Shown here one piece after another: positions 1-9,379 of a DNA stretch of 64,000 nt. The notes beneath the pieces are model-generated. The model was not told the origin of the DNA. It did not search any database and saw only the letters and a program-made list of their open reading frames with translations. The stretch is from Actinomycetota bacterium (GTDB lineage: Bacteria; Actinomycetota; UBA4738; HRBIN12). The stretch covers positions 18,077 to 82,076 of the forward strand of contig DATKDI010000024.1 of the NCBI GenBank assembly GCA_035512775.1, given 5' to 3'. The stretch's first letter is position 1; each line of letters begins with the position of its first letter. Position numbers and translations under genes: made by a program.

Positions 1-153
1 TAGGTTCTTGCTTCGAACAAGGCGAGCTACCCGCAAACGCTGTGCAAGCACTGCACCTCGCCGCATGGAGCACGCGTGGGTCACAATGATCCCTAGCCCT
101 GGACCGTCTTCCAGTCCAGCGATTTCAACGTCATCGAGTACGTCCCCCTGCAT
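1..153 (-). CDS. Hypothetical protein, 5' part only. The ORF starts at ATG 153-151 and runs off the left edge of the window.
   Basis: The minus-strand frame is open from 153 to position 1 with no stop (MQGDVLDDVEIAGLEDGPGLGIIVTHACSMRRG...). No family was recognised. It lies in the lower-GC island at the window start. Confidence 0.2.
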   Translation of the reverse strand, partial: MQGDVLDDVEIAGLEDGPGLGIIVTHACSMRRGAVLAQRLRVARLVRSKNL

Positions 154-243
154 CAAGGGACGGTCGGCGCTGACTTCTGCTCCTCTAGATAAGAAGAGGT
201 CGACTGGTTTCCCGGGGAATTCCAGCCCACGCGTCAAGTTGCT

Positions 244-864
244 TCACCGCTCGCGGGGCCGGGTCACCAACTGCCCGTCATGCCAACGGCTGACCTCAAA
301 GTCTGAGGCATACCGCTCGCGCCAATCGGGCATGCTTTCGTCCAGAACTGCAGTTGCCTCCATCCTGTGGCTTGCCCAGTCCAGCACCAAATCGGTCCGA
401 TCCAGAGCATAGAGATCGCCCGGCGAAATCGGGGCCTCCGAGGAAATTGGCACTTCCATCCAGCTCGCAGGATCGTCGACGAGGTAGTCCTTAGCGAGGA
501 ACTCGACCATGGCCAGAAGCTGGGCAAGCCGCCGACGGTTGGGCCCTGTGGGCGTCTCGCCGTTTCGCCACTTACGCAACGCCGGCACGCTCACACCCAC
601 CATTCGGGCAATGGCACTCCAAGCGAACCCATAACCAGACAGCGCTTCAAGGAGCTCGGTTACAGCCCTCTGAGCGTGGGGAGCGGTTCTGGTGTCCAGG
701 TTATGCAACAGAGCTCGCCTGTGGAGATCCTTTGCGTCATCGCTGAGCATGTTGGATTCGTCGCGAAGTCCCGCCGCTGCCCGCACCAACTGTCGGACGG
801 TAGTCTCGGTGCTGGTGGGCCGTGCCACCTCGGTTGATGTCGACGTGGGAGCCTGGTCGCTCAT
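244..864 (-). CDS. Helix-turn-helix DNA-binding protein (XRE/MerR-like HTH), 206 aa.
   Basis: HTH-like segment WSAIARMVGVSVPALRKWRNGE. Its ATG overlaps the stop of the upstream gene by 4 bp (ATGA coupling at 861-864). Local GC is lower than in the rest of the window. Confidence 0.55.
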   Translation of the reverse strand: MSDQAPTSTSTEVARPTSTETTVRQLVRAAAGLRDESNMLSDDAKDLHRRALLHNLDTRTAPHAQRAVTELLEALSGYGFAWSAIARMVGVSVPALRKWRNGETPTGPNRRRLAQLLAMVEFLAKDYLVDDPASWMEVPISSEAPISPGDLYALDRTDLVLDWASHRMEATAVLDESMPDWRERYASDFEVSRWHDGQLVTRPRER

Positions 865-1694
865 GTGCTCACCACCTTCCTGAGAACGTCATCTCTGAGT
901 TTGTCTGTAATCGCCGCTTCAAACAAGTCTCTGATAGGTCGATGAAGTTGAACGGAGAGGTTCATCAACCAGTCCAAATCCATTCCATTTGTGACCTCAG
1001 CGGCCGCCCAGAAGCTATCGATATCAATGAGAAAGAACGGGCCAGGGGAAGTGCGCTTGGGTACTCGGAGTGGTCCATCCTGATTCACGGCGAAGCCCTC
1101 CATGGCCCCGTATCTCAGGACAACAGACTGATTCTCCTCGGTCGAATAGTTGACAGCACCCTGCCATGATTGGGGAATGAGCTGGGCGGCGTTCACTCCG
1201 AGGGCGATTTGGTCGATCAGAGCGCTCTGGACATAGGGAGTCCACATATTGGGTCCACTTTCTAGAGACGGAACCCTTATCTCGTCGATATAGCGAAGTC
1301 CCACTCGCTCCATACCGACGATAAGCCCCGATTCGGCCAGGACGCCGAACACACGATTCGCCAAAGGGAGGAACGAGGTGAAACTGCGGTATGAGGTGGT
1401 CTCAATTGTTGTGTTGGTCCCCGAGACCGTGGCAACGGTCGTGCGATCCCGGGACGCGAGCTTGAACACAGACCTGATTGGAGGAGTACTCACCGAGGAA
1501 GCCCCTCCGACGGAGAGAACGAACCCCTGTTCCCCGCCCATCTCCGCCACGGGAAGCAGATCGTCCAGGGCCTCGAGAAAAACCGCCAGCTGGTCTTGTG
1601 TGCCCAGCCGCGGCGACAGGGGATAACGCACCTCATGGGCTACGAGCCGGAGAGGGGCGTTGGGATAGACTTCGTGCTCATCCAACGAAACCAC
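861..1694 (-). CDS. Conserved hypothetical protein, 277 aa, with no recognisable catalytic motif. It is the first gene of a two-gene operon with the HTH protein.
   Basis: Long ORF with protein-like composition. It is translationally coupled to the downstream HTH gene. An AT-richer putative promoter region lies at 1695-1885. Confidence 0.5.
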   Translation of the reverse strand: MVSLDEHEVYPNAPLRLVAHEVRYPLSPRLGTQDQLAVFLEALDDLLPVAEMGGEQGFVLSVGGASSVSTPPIRSVFKLASRDRTTVATVSGTNTTIETTSYRSFTSFLPLANRVFGVLAESGLIVGMERVGLRYIDEIRVPSLESGPNMWTPYVQSALIDQIALGVNAAQLIPQSWQGAVNYSTEENQSVVLRYGAMEGFAVNQDGPLRVPKRTSPGPFFLIDIDSFWAAAEVTNGMDLDWLMNLSVQLHRPIRDLFEAAITDKLRDDVLRKVVST

Positions 1695-1885
1695 TACTCA
1701 TACTCCTTCCGAAACCGATTCATGAACCAGATGTTATACTGGTGGGCTCATTTTGTCCATACCGAACTCGGCTCAGTTTCCTGGCTCAGAAATAGCTCCA
1801 CTGCAAGCGATACCCCACGCCGGACCGGTCCACCCCGTCGGCGGCCAAGCTGACGGATGTCTCTGTCGGCTCCTAGGGTCGAGGG

Positions 1886-2596
1886 ATGACGAAGCCGCTG
1901 ATCATCCTCGTTCCTGGGTTCTGGCTCGGTGCGTGGGCGTGGGACGAGGTGACCGACGCGCTTCGCGCGAAAGGCCACGACGTCACCGCGCTGAGGCTTC
2001 CCGGTCTCGAGTCGGCCGATGTCGATCGGTCCTCGATCGGCTTGTCCGACCACGTCGACGCGATATGCGAGGCGATCGAGGCGGCGGGCGGTCCGGTCGT
2101 GCTCGCCGTGCACAGCGGTACCGGATTCTCCGGCTACGTCGCGAGTGATCGGGTCCCGGAACGGATCGCGGCGATGGTGTACGTCGACACCGCCCCGGGC
2201 ATCCCACCCCTCGACCCCGACTTCGAGGGCGCGGAGAAGCCGATGTCGTGGGAGGAGCTCGCGGCGGAGGAGAACCTCGACGGGCTGAGCGAGGAGCAGC
2301 TCGAGACGTTCCGGCAGCGGGCGGTCCCGGAGCCGGGCGGCGTCCTGCGCGACACCGTCGAGCTGACGAACGACGCGCGGCTGGACATCCCGAGCACCCT
2401 CATCTGCACCGGGTACTCGTCCCAGGAGTACAAGGAGGCGATGAACGAGGGCTACGCCTGGCTCGCCGGTCTCAAGGAGGTGCGCAACATCACCTGGGTC
2501 GACCTGCCGACGAGCCACTGGCCGATGTGGTCACGCCCGAAGGAGCTCGCCGAGCTCATCGGCGACGTCGCGAAGGCGCACGCCTCCGACGGCTGA
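1886..2596 (+). CDS. Alpha/beta-fold hydrolase.
   Basis: 236-aa ORF. Nucleophile elbow AVHSGTG (G-x-S-x-G-like). Architecture typical of small esterases/hydrolases. Confidence 0.7.
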   Translation: MTKPLIILVPGFWLGAWAWDEVTDALRAKGHDVTALRLPGLESADVDRSSIGLSDHVDAICEAIEAAGGPVVLAVHSGTGFSGYVASDRVPERIAAMVYVDTAPGIPPLDPDFEGAEKPMSWEELAAEENLDGLSEEQLETFRQRAVPEPGGVLRDTVELTNDARLDIPSTLICTGYSSQEYKEAMNEGYAWLAGLKEVRNITWVDLPTSHWPMWSRPKELAELIGDVAKAHASDG

Positions 2597-2611
2597 TCGA
2601 ACTCGAGCGGA

Positions 2612-3352
2612 TCAGGGCGTGTCCGCTCCGGTCGGCTCGGAGCTCCAGCGTCCCTGGAGCCAGCGGCGCTCGTGAGGGCTGCTCATCGGACGCAGAGGGA
2701 AAAGGCTCGGCATGACACGGGGAAGGACACGCTGGATCGAGTTCGCCGCCTGCAGCAGCTGCAACATCTCCACCCCTGGGAGCTCCGGGGCCCACAGGAG
2801 GAGGACCTCGTCGTTCACGTCCGCGACGACGTCGTGCGGGAGTCGAAGGAACCCCTCCATCACGCGTTGATCGAGGAGCGCCGAAGCCGCGCGGGCGTCC
2901 TCGGCCTCCACGCGGAACCGCCGGTTGAACTCCTCGAGCTCGAGGGTGACGAGCGGGAGCCCGATCGCGTCGGCGATCTCGTGCACGAGGTCCCGAGAAG
3001 CGACGCGAAGCCGTGGGGAGGAGAACGGGAGTGGCACCGCTGCGCAGGTGATGGTCCGCCGGAGGCCGGGTCCGCCGTCCTCGCTCTTCTCCCGATACCA
3101 GAAGTCGAAGGCGCGAACGCCACCATCGCGTCGCGGATCCCAGACCACGTTGGAGGTTCCGCTCGGCGTCCGCCCGAACATCTCGAAGGGGAGAAATCCG
3201 GTTCCGGGGAACGTGTCCAGTGGGGCGAACCCGAGACCGGCCACCTCGCAGAGCAGCATCAGCTTCCGCTGCCGGTCGTGACGGCGCCGTACCCGGTACC
3301 AGGCCCAGGCGGCCACCGCCACCAGCACCACCGCCGTCAGCGTCCACCGCAT
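2612..3352 (-). CDS. Membrane-anchored hypothetical protein.
   Basis: 246-aa ORF with an N-terminal hydrophobic helix (LTAVVLVAVAAWAWY). No catalytic motif was recognised. Confidence 0.5.
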   Translation of the reverse strand: MRWTLTAVVLVAVAAWAWYRVRRRHDRQRKLMLLCEVAGLGFAPLDTFPGTGFLPFEMFGRTPSGTSNVVWDPRRDGGVRAFDFWYREKSEDGGPGLRRTITCAAVPLPFSSPRLRVASRDLVHEIADAIGLPLVTLELEEFNRRFRVEAEDARAASALLDQRVMEGFLRLPHDVVADVNDEVLLLWAPELPGVEMLQLLQAANSIQRVLPRVMPSLFPLRPMSSPHERRWLQGRWSSEPTGADTP

Positions 3353-3406
3353 GACTCAGACGTCGGGAGGGCAGGTTCGCACCTTGAATCGCCTAGGGTC
3401 GGCCAC

Positions 3407-3908
3407 ATGACCACGATCCGACCGGCATACAGCACGTGGCCCCTGTACAACTCACGCTTCCGCGACGCCATCCGCGGGATGACGGAGGAGCAGCTCGCGA
3501 TCCAGCCGACACCGGAGCGATGGCCGCTCTGGGCGAGCGTCGGCCACATGGCCTGTCAGCGCGTGTTCTGGCTCTGTGACTTCGCCGGCGAACCCGGCGC
3601 CGAGACGACGCCGTTCACGAACGCCGGATACGACTGTCCCGGCGACGACGACCTCGAACACGTACTCAGCGGCGGAAGCGCTGGCCGAGGCACTCGACTC
3701 GACGTTCCGCATCATCGAGGGCTTCCTCGACCGATGGACGATCGACGACCTCGAGGAGGAGCTTCGTCGCCCCGAGTGGGAAGGCTCCTGGGTCCACACC
3801 CGCGGCTGGGTGATCCAGCGGGTCTTCACCCATGACGTCTGGCACGCGGCCGAGATGAACGAGTCCCTCGGGAACGCCGGGCTGCCGCAGATCGATCTCT
3901 GGGCCTGA
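3407..3908 (+). pseudogene. DinB-family (DinB_2/YfiT-like) protein, copy 1, carrying a +1 frameshift.
   Basis: The N-terminal part (MTTIRPAYSTWPLYNSRFRDAIRGMTEEQLAIQPTPERWPLWASVGHMACQRVFWL..DDDLEHVLSG) is in frame 2. The C-terminal part (AEALAEALDSTFRIIEGFLDRWTIDDLEE..HDVWHAAEMNESLG) is in frame 3. The two parts are joined if one G is removed from agcggcGGaagcg near 3668. A paralogous copy lies at 16728-17250. Confidence 0.65.
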
Positions 3909-3928
3909 GGAGGGGGGAAGGAGCGATA

Positions 3929-4804
3929 GTGTTCGAGATCATCGAAGTACCGTCGGGGCTGGGATTGCTTCCCCAGGGCGTTGACCAGGCGCCTGCTGCG
4001 CTCCGGCACGCCGGGCTCCCGAGCAGGCTCGGAGCCACAGCTGTCCACACGGTGACGTGCCCCGATCCCGACCCCGCCATCGATGAGGAGACCGGACTCA
4101 TGAACGTGTCCGGCCTCGTCGACGTGGCCACGCGGCAGGCGGAGGCGATCGAGGAGGTGCTGGATCGTGGTGCGACTCCGTTCGTCGTCGGCGGGGATTG
4201 CAGCATCCTGCTCGGTTCGATGCTCGCGCTCCGTCGTCGCGGACGTCACGGCCTGCTCCACGTCGACGGTCATGCGGACTTCTGCCATCCGAGTCAGGAT
4301 CCGCTCGGCGAGGCTGCGTCCCTCGACCTCGCCCTGGTGACCGGCCGCGGCCCCAAGGTCGTCACCGACCTGGAGGGCCGGGGTTCGCTCCTGCGCGATG
4401 AGGATGCCGTCCAGCTCGGCTACCGCGCGAAAACCCTCGATCGATTCCTCGATGAGCACATCCGGGACACGGCGATCACCGTCCTCGATCTCGACGACAT
4501 CCGTCAGCGCGGGATCGAGGCGTGTACGCAGCAGGCGCTCGCCGTGGCCGCTCGCCCGGAGCTCGATGGCATGTGGCTGCACCTCGACGTCGATGCGCTC
4601 GACGACGCCCTCATGCCCGCGGTCGACTACCACGACGCGGATGGCCTGAGCTGGCAAGAGGTCGAGCACGTCCTCAGAGCCGCCAGCGGCACGGACCGCC
4701 TCGTCGGGGCGCAGATCGCCATCTACAACCCGACCCTCGACGGCGACGGCGCGCCCCTCGCGGCACGGATCGTCGACCTCCTGGCGGCCGCGTTCATGTC
4801 ATGA
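3929..4804 (+). CDS. Arginase/agmatinase/formiminoglutamase-family ureohydrolase.
   Basis: Arginase-family metal-binding motifs GGDCSI, HVDGHADF and DVDALD, with an overall length of 291 aa. Confidence 0.75.
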   Translation: MFEIIEVPSGLGLLPQGVDQAPAALRHAGLPSRLGATAVHTVTCPDPDPAIDEETGLMNVSGLVDVATRQAEAIEEVLDRGATPFVVGGDCSILLGSMLALRRRGRHGLLHVDGHADFCHPSQDPLGEAASLDLALVTGRGPKVVTDLEGRGSLLRDEDAVQLGYRAKTLDRFLDEHIRDTAITVLDLDDIRQRGIEACTQQALAVAARPELDGMWLHLDVDALDDALMPAVDYHDADGLSWQEVEHVLRAASGTDRLVGAQIAIYNPTLDGDGAPLAARIVDLLAAAFMS

Positions 4805-5082
4805 CCGGGCGATCTCGTCGCCGCTGGCCCCGGCGTCTGGCGGCAGCCGTCGGCGTCGTGGTTCTCCTTCTGGCCGCGGTCTACGCGTGGGCGTTGACAT
4901 CCGTGGACTCGTCCACGGATGCGCGGGCGATGGTCTGGAGGGACGCCGACGTCGGCGACCAGCATCGGTTCCCGTCTCGCGTCATCCCGGCCGGCACCGC
5001 GGCCTCCAGGTGCCGAAGCGCGTCCACGGTCGAGCGCATCTGCCGATCGCACCAGTCGCCCCCACAACGAAGACCTTCATGA
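4801..5082 (+). CDS. Small membrane-anchored hypothetical protein (94 aa), possibly a truncated N-terminal fragment.
   Basis: The ATG at 4801 overlaps the arginase stop (ATGA). Arg-rich N-terminus followed by a TM helix (LAAAVGVVVLLLAAVYAWAL). The rest of the long frame looks non-coding. Confidence 0.3.
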   Translation: MTGRSRRRWPRRLAAAVGVVVLLLAAVYAWALTSVDSSTDARAMVWRDADVGDQHRFPSRVIPAGTAASRCRSASTVERICRSHQSPPQRRPS

Positions 5083-5205
5083 CGACCTCCTCTGAGATGG
5101 TTCTCGTCTTCTCACCCCCGAGACGCCTGAGGAGGCCGGGCTGTGACAGTTCGCCCCCAGCGGTACGGTGGGTGGAGGTCTCCGGGCGGAAGAGAAGGAG
5201 CCACG

Positions 5206-5928
5206 ATGGGTGCCGATGATCGACAGGTAGTCGAGGACCTCGTTGCGGCAGATCCGCGGAAGGGCTCGGCCGACAGCCGCTCGTTCGCGATGGGCGATCC
5301 CGAGGAGACCACCACCTGGGAGCGAGCCAGAGAGCGCGGCATCACGGACGAGCAGTGGGCCCGCTTCGAGGATGCCGTGGCGGAGATGTTCGGCGCGTTC
5401 GGGATGGACCTCGGCACGGAAGGCACCGAAGCCACACCTCGTCGGTTCGTCCGCGCGCTCTTCGAGGCAACGGCCGGCTACGAAGGAGATCCGAAACTGT
5501 TGACTGCCTTCCCCACGGAATGCCGCGGCGGGCCGGATTGCTCGATCAGCCAGGTGATCGAAGGACCGATCCCGTTCTTCTCTCTGTGCGAGCACCACGC
5601 GTTCCCGTTCTACGGCGTCGCGCACGTCGGCTACGTCGCCCACGAGCAGATCATCGGCATCTCCAAGATGACCCGGCTGGTTCGCGTGTACGCGCGGCGC
5701 TTCACGGTGCAGGAGCGAGTCGGCCAGCAGATCGCCGACCACCTGAACGAGATGATGCAGCCGCACGGCGTCGCGGTGCATCTCCAGGCAGCTCACCTGT
5801 GTACCCAGATGCGCGGGGTGCGCGAGGAGCGTTCCCGGACCTCGACATCGTTCTGGCGAGGGAACTACGAGCGCGACCCGGAGATGCGTCGAGAGTTCCT
5901 GACGGTCGCGCAGCGATCGCTTGAGTGA
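5206..5928 (+). CDS. folE: GTP cyclohydrolase I.
   Basis: Conserved FolE motifs CEHHAFPFYGVAHVGY and IGISKMTRLV. Start is the internal Met MGADDRQ; the upstream in-frame extension is unlikely to be translated. Confidence 0.85.
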   Translation: MGADDRQVVEDLVAADPRKGSADSRSFAMGDPEETTTWERARERGITDEQWARFEDAVAEMFGAFGMDLGTEGTEATPRRFVRALFEATAGYEGDPKLLTAFPTECRGGPDCSISQVIEGPIPFFSLCEHHAFPFYGVAHVGYVAHEQIIGISKMTRLVRVYARRFTVQERVGQQIADHLNEMMQPHGVAVHLQAAHLCTQMRGVREERSRTSTSFWRGNYERDPEMRREFLTVAQRSLE

Positions 5929-6770
5929 CCTCGGCGCACGCCTCGAAGTGCTGTACGAGGAAGCGCCCTCTTCTGACGGGCTCTCTCTGCCGTCCGAGCT
6001 GGAGGTCGCTTACGGCGGCCCGTTCGCACTCGCGGACCAGATCGTCTACGGGAACTTCGTAGAGTCGATCGACGGGGTCGCCGCGATCCCGGGCGTGAAG
6101 GAGTCCTCTGCCGTGATCAGTGGAGGAGCGCCGGCCGACCGGCTCGTGATGGCGCTCCTTCGCGCGGTGGCCGACGCCATCGTGATCGGGGTCGGGGACG
6201 TTCGCGGAACACGGTGGTCCCTGGACAGCGGAGCGGGCGTACCCGCCCACCGCCGACCTGATCCCCCGCGCACGAGAGATGGTCTCGGCGAACGGGACGG
6301 CGCCCACCCTCGTCGTGGTCACGGCGAGCGGCGGACTTCCAGCGGATCATCCGGCTCTCGCGTCGGCGCTCATCGCCACGACCTCGGCCGGGGCTCAAGC
6401 GATCGCCGAGAAGGAAGTGGCGTGCGCCGGCGTGATCGATGTCGGCGCGTCGGACGACGTGGATCCGGCGACGGTGATCGAGCGCCTGCGCGAGCGCGGG
6501 TATCGACGCATCCTCACCGAAGGGGGGCCCTCGCTGATGGGGTCGATGCTCGAGGCATCCGTCGTCGACGAGCTCTTCGTGACGATCTCGCCGAAGCTCC
6601 TCGGCGGAGGAGAAGATCGCCCTCCACTGACCGGTGAGGCCGATCTCCTCGGGAAGGCTCCCGATCCACGTCTCGTGAGCGTCCGCCGGGCGGATGATCT
6701 CCTCTTCCTGCGATACCGGCTCGGCGCGAAACGGTCTGACGCGCTGCTTGTCACGGATGAGGGGCGTTAG
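5921..6770 (+). pseudogene. RibD C-terminal-domain / dihydrofolate-reductase-like reductase carrying a +1 frameshift (G3 to G4 at about 6194-6197).
   Basis: N-terminal part in frame 2 (..SSAVISGGAPADRLVMALLRAVADAIVIG). C-terminal part in frame 0 (GTFAEHGGPWTAERAYPPTADLIP..ILTEGGPSLMGSMLEA..LFLRYRL). Deleting one G from gtcGGGGacg restores a roughly 278-aa protein. Confidence 0.6.
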
Positions 6771-6796
6771 AGGGACCCTGAACTCTTGGCGACCCG

Positions 6797-6847
6797 CCTT
6801 ATCTATGGAAGACTGCTGGATAAGGAAAAGGCAGTTCCCTTATCTAA
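6797..6847. promoter_or_regulatory. AT-rich palindromic operator-like site upstream of the Fic gene. CCTTATC-N15-GATAAGG, with an extra direct copy of CCTTATCTA at 6839-6847.
   Basis: Read directly from the sequence. It lies in a local low-GC island in a roughly 70% GC background, followed by a GGAGG RBS before ATG 6877. Confidence 0.45.
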
Positions 6848-6876
6848 GAGCGCCCGGAGGAAAAGGGAGGAAAAGG

Positions 6877-8031
6877 ATGACGAGCACCAGGGCCGGTCGG
6901 TACGTCCGGCAGCCGGGGGGATATCAGGCTTTCATCCCCTCGCCTCTTCCTCCGCCCGCTATGACGACCGACCCCCGGCTCCTGTCCTTGCTGTCGACGG
7001 CCGACTTGGCCCTGGGGCGGCTCGACGGGGCGACGAAACTACTCCCCGACCCCGACTTCTTCGTGCTCATGTACGTCCGCCGCGAGGCTGTCGTGTCCAG
7101 CCAGATCGAGGGCACGCAGGCATCGCTGATGGACGTCCTCGAGTTCGAGGCGGAGATGGATCAGGCCGAACGTCGAGTGGACGTCGTCGAGATCGCGAAC
7201 TACGTCACGGCGATGAACCACGGGCTGGCGAAGCTCCCCCAGTTGCCGATCTCGCGACGCCTGCTGTGCGAAGTGCACGCCGTCCTGATGACGGACGTCC
7301 GCGGCGGCGAACCGCAGAAGACACCCGGGCAGTTCCGGAAGTCCCAGAACTGGATCGGGGGGGCGTCGCCGGCTACGGCGCGCTTCGTGCCGCCTCCTTG
7401 GGAAGAGGTGGGGCCGGCCTTCGCCGACCTCGAGCGGTTCCTCCATGACACTGAGCCGATGCCAGCCCTCATCAAGATCGGCCTGGCGCATGCGCAGTTC
7501 GAGACCATCCACCCGTTCCTCGACGGGAACGGGAGGATCGGCCGGCTACTGATCAGCTTCTGGCTCGTCGAGCAGGAGATCATCCAGCGCCCGATCCTGT
7601 ATCCCTCGCTCTTCTTCAAGGAGCACCGGGAGGACTACATCGACCGCCTCCAGGCGATCCGTGACGACGGTGCCTGGGAGGACTGGTTGGCATTCTTCGT
7701 CGATGGGATCGGTCAGGTGGCGGAGGAGGCCACCGGGCGCGCCTACGAGATCGTTCATCTGCGCGAGGACCATCAGCGGCTCGTCGCCGAGAAGCTCGGC
7801 AAACGGGCGCCGAATGCGCTCGCCCTGCTCGGGCATCTGTTCCGTCAGCCGGTCGTGAGCGCCAAGCTCGTGGAGTCGATGGTGGACGTATCCCAACCGA
7901 CGGCGTCAGCGCTGGTGCGAGATCTCGAGGAGATCGGGATCCTTCGAGAACGAACGGGGAAGCGGCGGAACCGGCTCTTCGCCTACCAGCCCTACCTCGA
8001 CCTGTTCCCGGGCGCGACGTCGAGGAGCTGA
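6877..8031 (+). CDS. Fic-family protein (AMPylase/Fido domain) with an N-terminal inhibitory helix (class II) and a C-terminal winged-helix-like domain.
   Basis: Fic motif HPFLDGNGRIGR (HxFx[D/E]GNGRxxR). Inhibitory motif SSQIEG ([S/T]xxxE[G/N]). 384 aa. RBS GGAGGAAAAGG before the ATG. Confidence 0.85.
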   Translation: MTSTRAGRYVRQPGGYQAFIPSPLPPPAMTTDPRLLSLLSTADLALGRLDGATKLLPDPDFFVLMYVRREAVVSSQIEGTQASLMDVLEFEAEMDQAERRVDVVEIANYVTAMNHGLAKLPQLPISRRLLCEVHAVLMTDVRGGEPQKTPGQFRKSQNWIGGASPATARFVPPPWEEVGPAFADLERFLHDTEPMPALIKIGLAHAQFETIHPFLDGNGRIGRLLISFWLVEQEIIQRPILYPSLFFKEHREDYIDRLQAIRDDGAWEDWLAFFVDGIGQVAEEATGRAYEIVHLREDHQRLVAEKLGKRAPNALALLGHLFRQPVVSAKLVESMVDVSQPTASALVRDLEEIGILRERTGKRRNRLFAYQPYLDLFPGATSRS

Positions 8032-8090
8032 TCCGAGCCCGAGTCACCGGCTCCGCAGTTGGCGATCCGACGTCCTGCGAGCCTCTCTCG

Positions 8091-9302
8091 CTAACCGACA
8101 AGCAGAGCGCGCGCCTCGTAAGCCTCGATCGGCGAGCTCATCCCCTTCAACCTGACCTCGCCGATGCTCTTGAATCGGAGGTCCTCGCGCTCGCCCGTCA
8201 GCCGGACGACCTCGGCGTCCACCAGCGTCTGGCCGGGGTCCGCCGCCCCGGCGAGACGTGAGGCGAGGTTCACCGTCCGACCGTAGTAGTCGCCGTCCTG
8301 GAAGATCACCGGACCCGCGGCGACACCGGCGTGGGCGGGCGGCAGGCCGACGTCGGCGGTGCGGCGACCGACTTCGATCGTCGCGAGGACGGCCGCGGCG
8401 GGATCGCGGAACGAGAACATCACGCCGTCGCCGAGCCACTTCACCGCCCTGCCGTCGCGGCGCCCGACCTCCTCGTGGACCAGCAGCGCGAGGCGGGCGC
8501 CCAGCTCCGCCGCCGCCTCGTCGCCTCGTTCCTCCGTCAGGCGCGTGTAGCCGGTGAGGTCGAGGAACGCGAACGCGGTCGGCCGCTCGGTGCGTTCGTA
8601 CAGCCCCATCGCTTCGATCGCGCTCTCCATGTGCTGGACGCCGTCGTCGGTCCAGACACGCTCCTGCTGGCGCCGGAAGATCGCCATCACGAGCTCCTCC
8701 CTCTGCAGGTCGAGCTCGGCGCCGATCTCGTTCACGATGCCCAACATCTCGCCGTGACTGCGGCCGGCGTCGAGGAGCGGCATCTCGATGTGTCGATGGA
8801 AGACATCCGCGTCCGTCTCGACGACCCGGCTGAGCGCTTCGGTGAAGACCCGAACGAGCCGCAGCTCCACGTCGGCGCCGACCCCTGCGGCGATCGCCCG
8901 GCGTGGCGCCTCGAGCATCCCCGGGAGGTCCGCCGGCGCGGGATCATCCGGCCCGGGCCGGACCTTCCCCAGGGCCTCCTCGAACGCGAGGACGAACTCG
9001 ATCGGCAGGTCCATCTCGTCCGCCACCTGCCGGTACGTCCGCGCGGACAGCGGCGCCCAGCGGTACTGCGGTTCGTCCAGGAACGCGAAGGAGAAGCGGC
9101 CCTCCTGGATCGAGCGCGCGATCGCGTCGATCGACAGTCCCCCTCGATCGGATGCCCGGACGAACCGCACGCGGTACACGTCCGATCGGAAGAACGCGCC
9201 GTCGTCGCCGGAGCGCAGGATCCCCAACTCGACGAGCCGGGCCACGTAGGACTCGTCGACGCCTGCCTGCTCGGCGAGCTCCTTCGGGTCGCGGGCGGTC
9301 AT
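8091..9302 (-). CDS. Adenylate/guanylate cyclase (class III CHD) protein with an N-terminal HTH-like region.
   Basis: C-terminal cyclase motifs FLDLTGYTRLTEERGDE, KWLGDGVMFSF and YGRTVNLASRLAG. The N-terminus LAEQAGVDESYVARLVELGIL is HTH-like. Confidence 0.75.
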   Translation of the reverse strand: MTARDPKELAEQAGVDESYVARLVELGILRSGDDGAFFRSDVYRVRFVRASDRGGLSIDAIARSIQEGRFSFAFLDEPQYRWAPLSARTYRQVADEMDLPIEFVLAFEEALGKVRPGPDDPAPADLPGMLEAPRRAIAAGVGADVELRLVRVFTEALSRVVETDADVFHRHIEMPLLDAGRSHGEMLGIVNEIGAELDLQREELVMAIFRRQQERVWTDDGVQHMESAIEAMGLYERTERPTAFAFLDLTGYTRLTEERGDEAAAELGARLALLVHEEVGRRDGRAVKWLGDGVMFSFRDPAAAVLATIEVGRRTADVGLPPAHAGVAAGPVIFQDGDYYGRTVNLASRLAGAADPGQTLVDAEVVRLTGEREDLRFKSIGEVRLKGMSSPIEAYEARALLVG

Positions 9303-9379
9303 CGAGGCCGGATGATAGGCCGCACGCGGCCGACGGATGTCCCGACGCACCTCGGGGGTCGGGTGAGAGCCCGGACGAT

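Noticed and set aside
8-412. A 134-aa plus-strand ORF at the window start.
   Set aside because: It overlaps two minus-strand genes, has no start context or motif, and its composition is non-protein-like.
3452-4669. A 405-aa minus-strand ORF overlapping the arginase gene.
   Set aside because: It is antisense to a well-supported arginase-family CDS. It has low-complexity Arg/Ala-rich composition typical of spurious high-GC ORFs.
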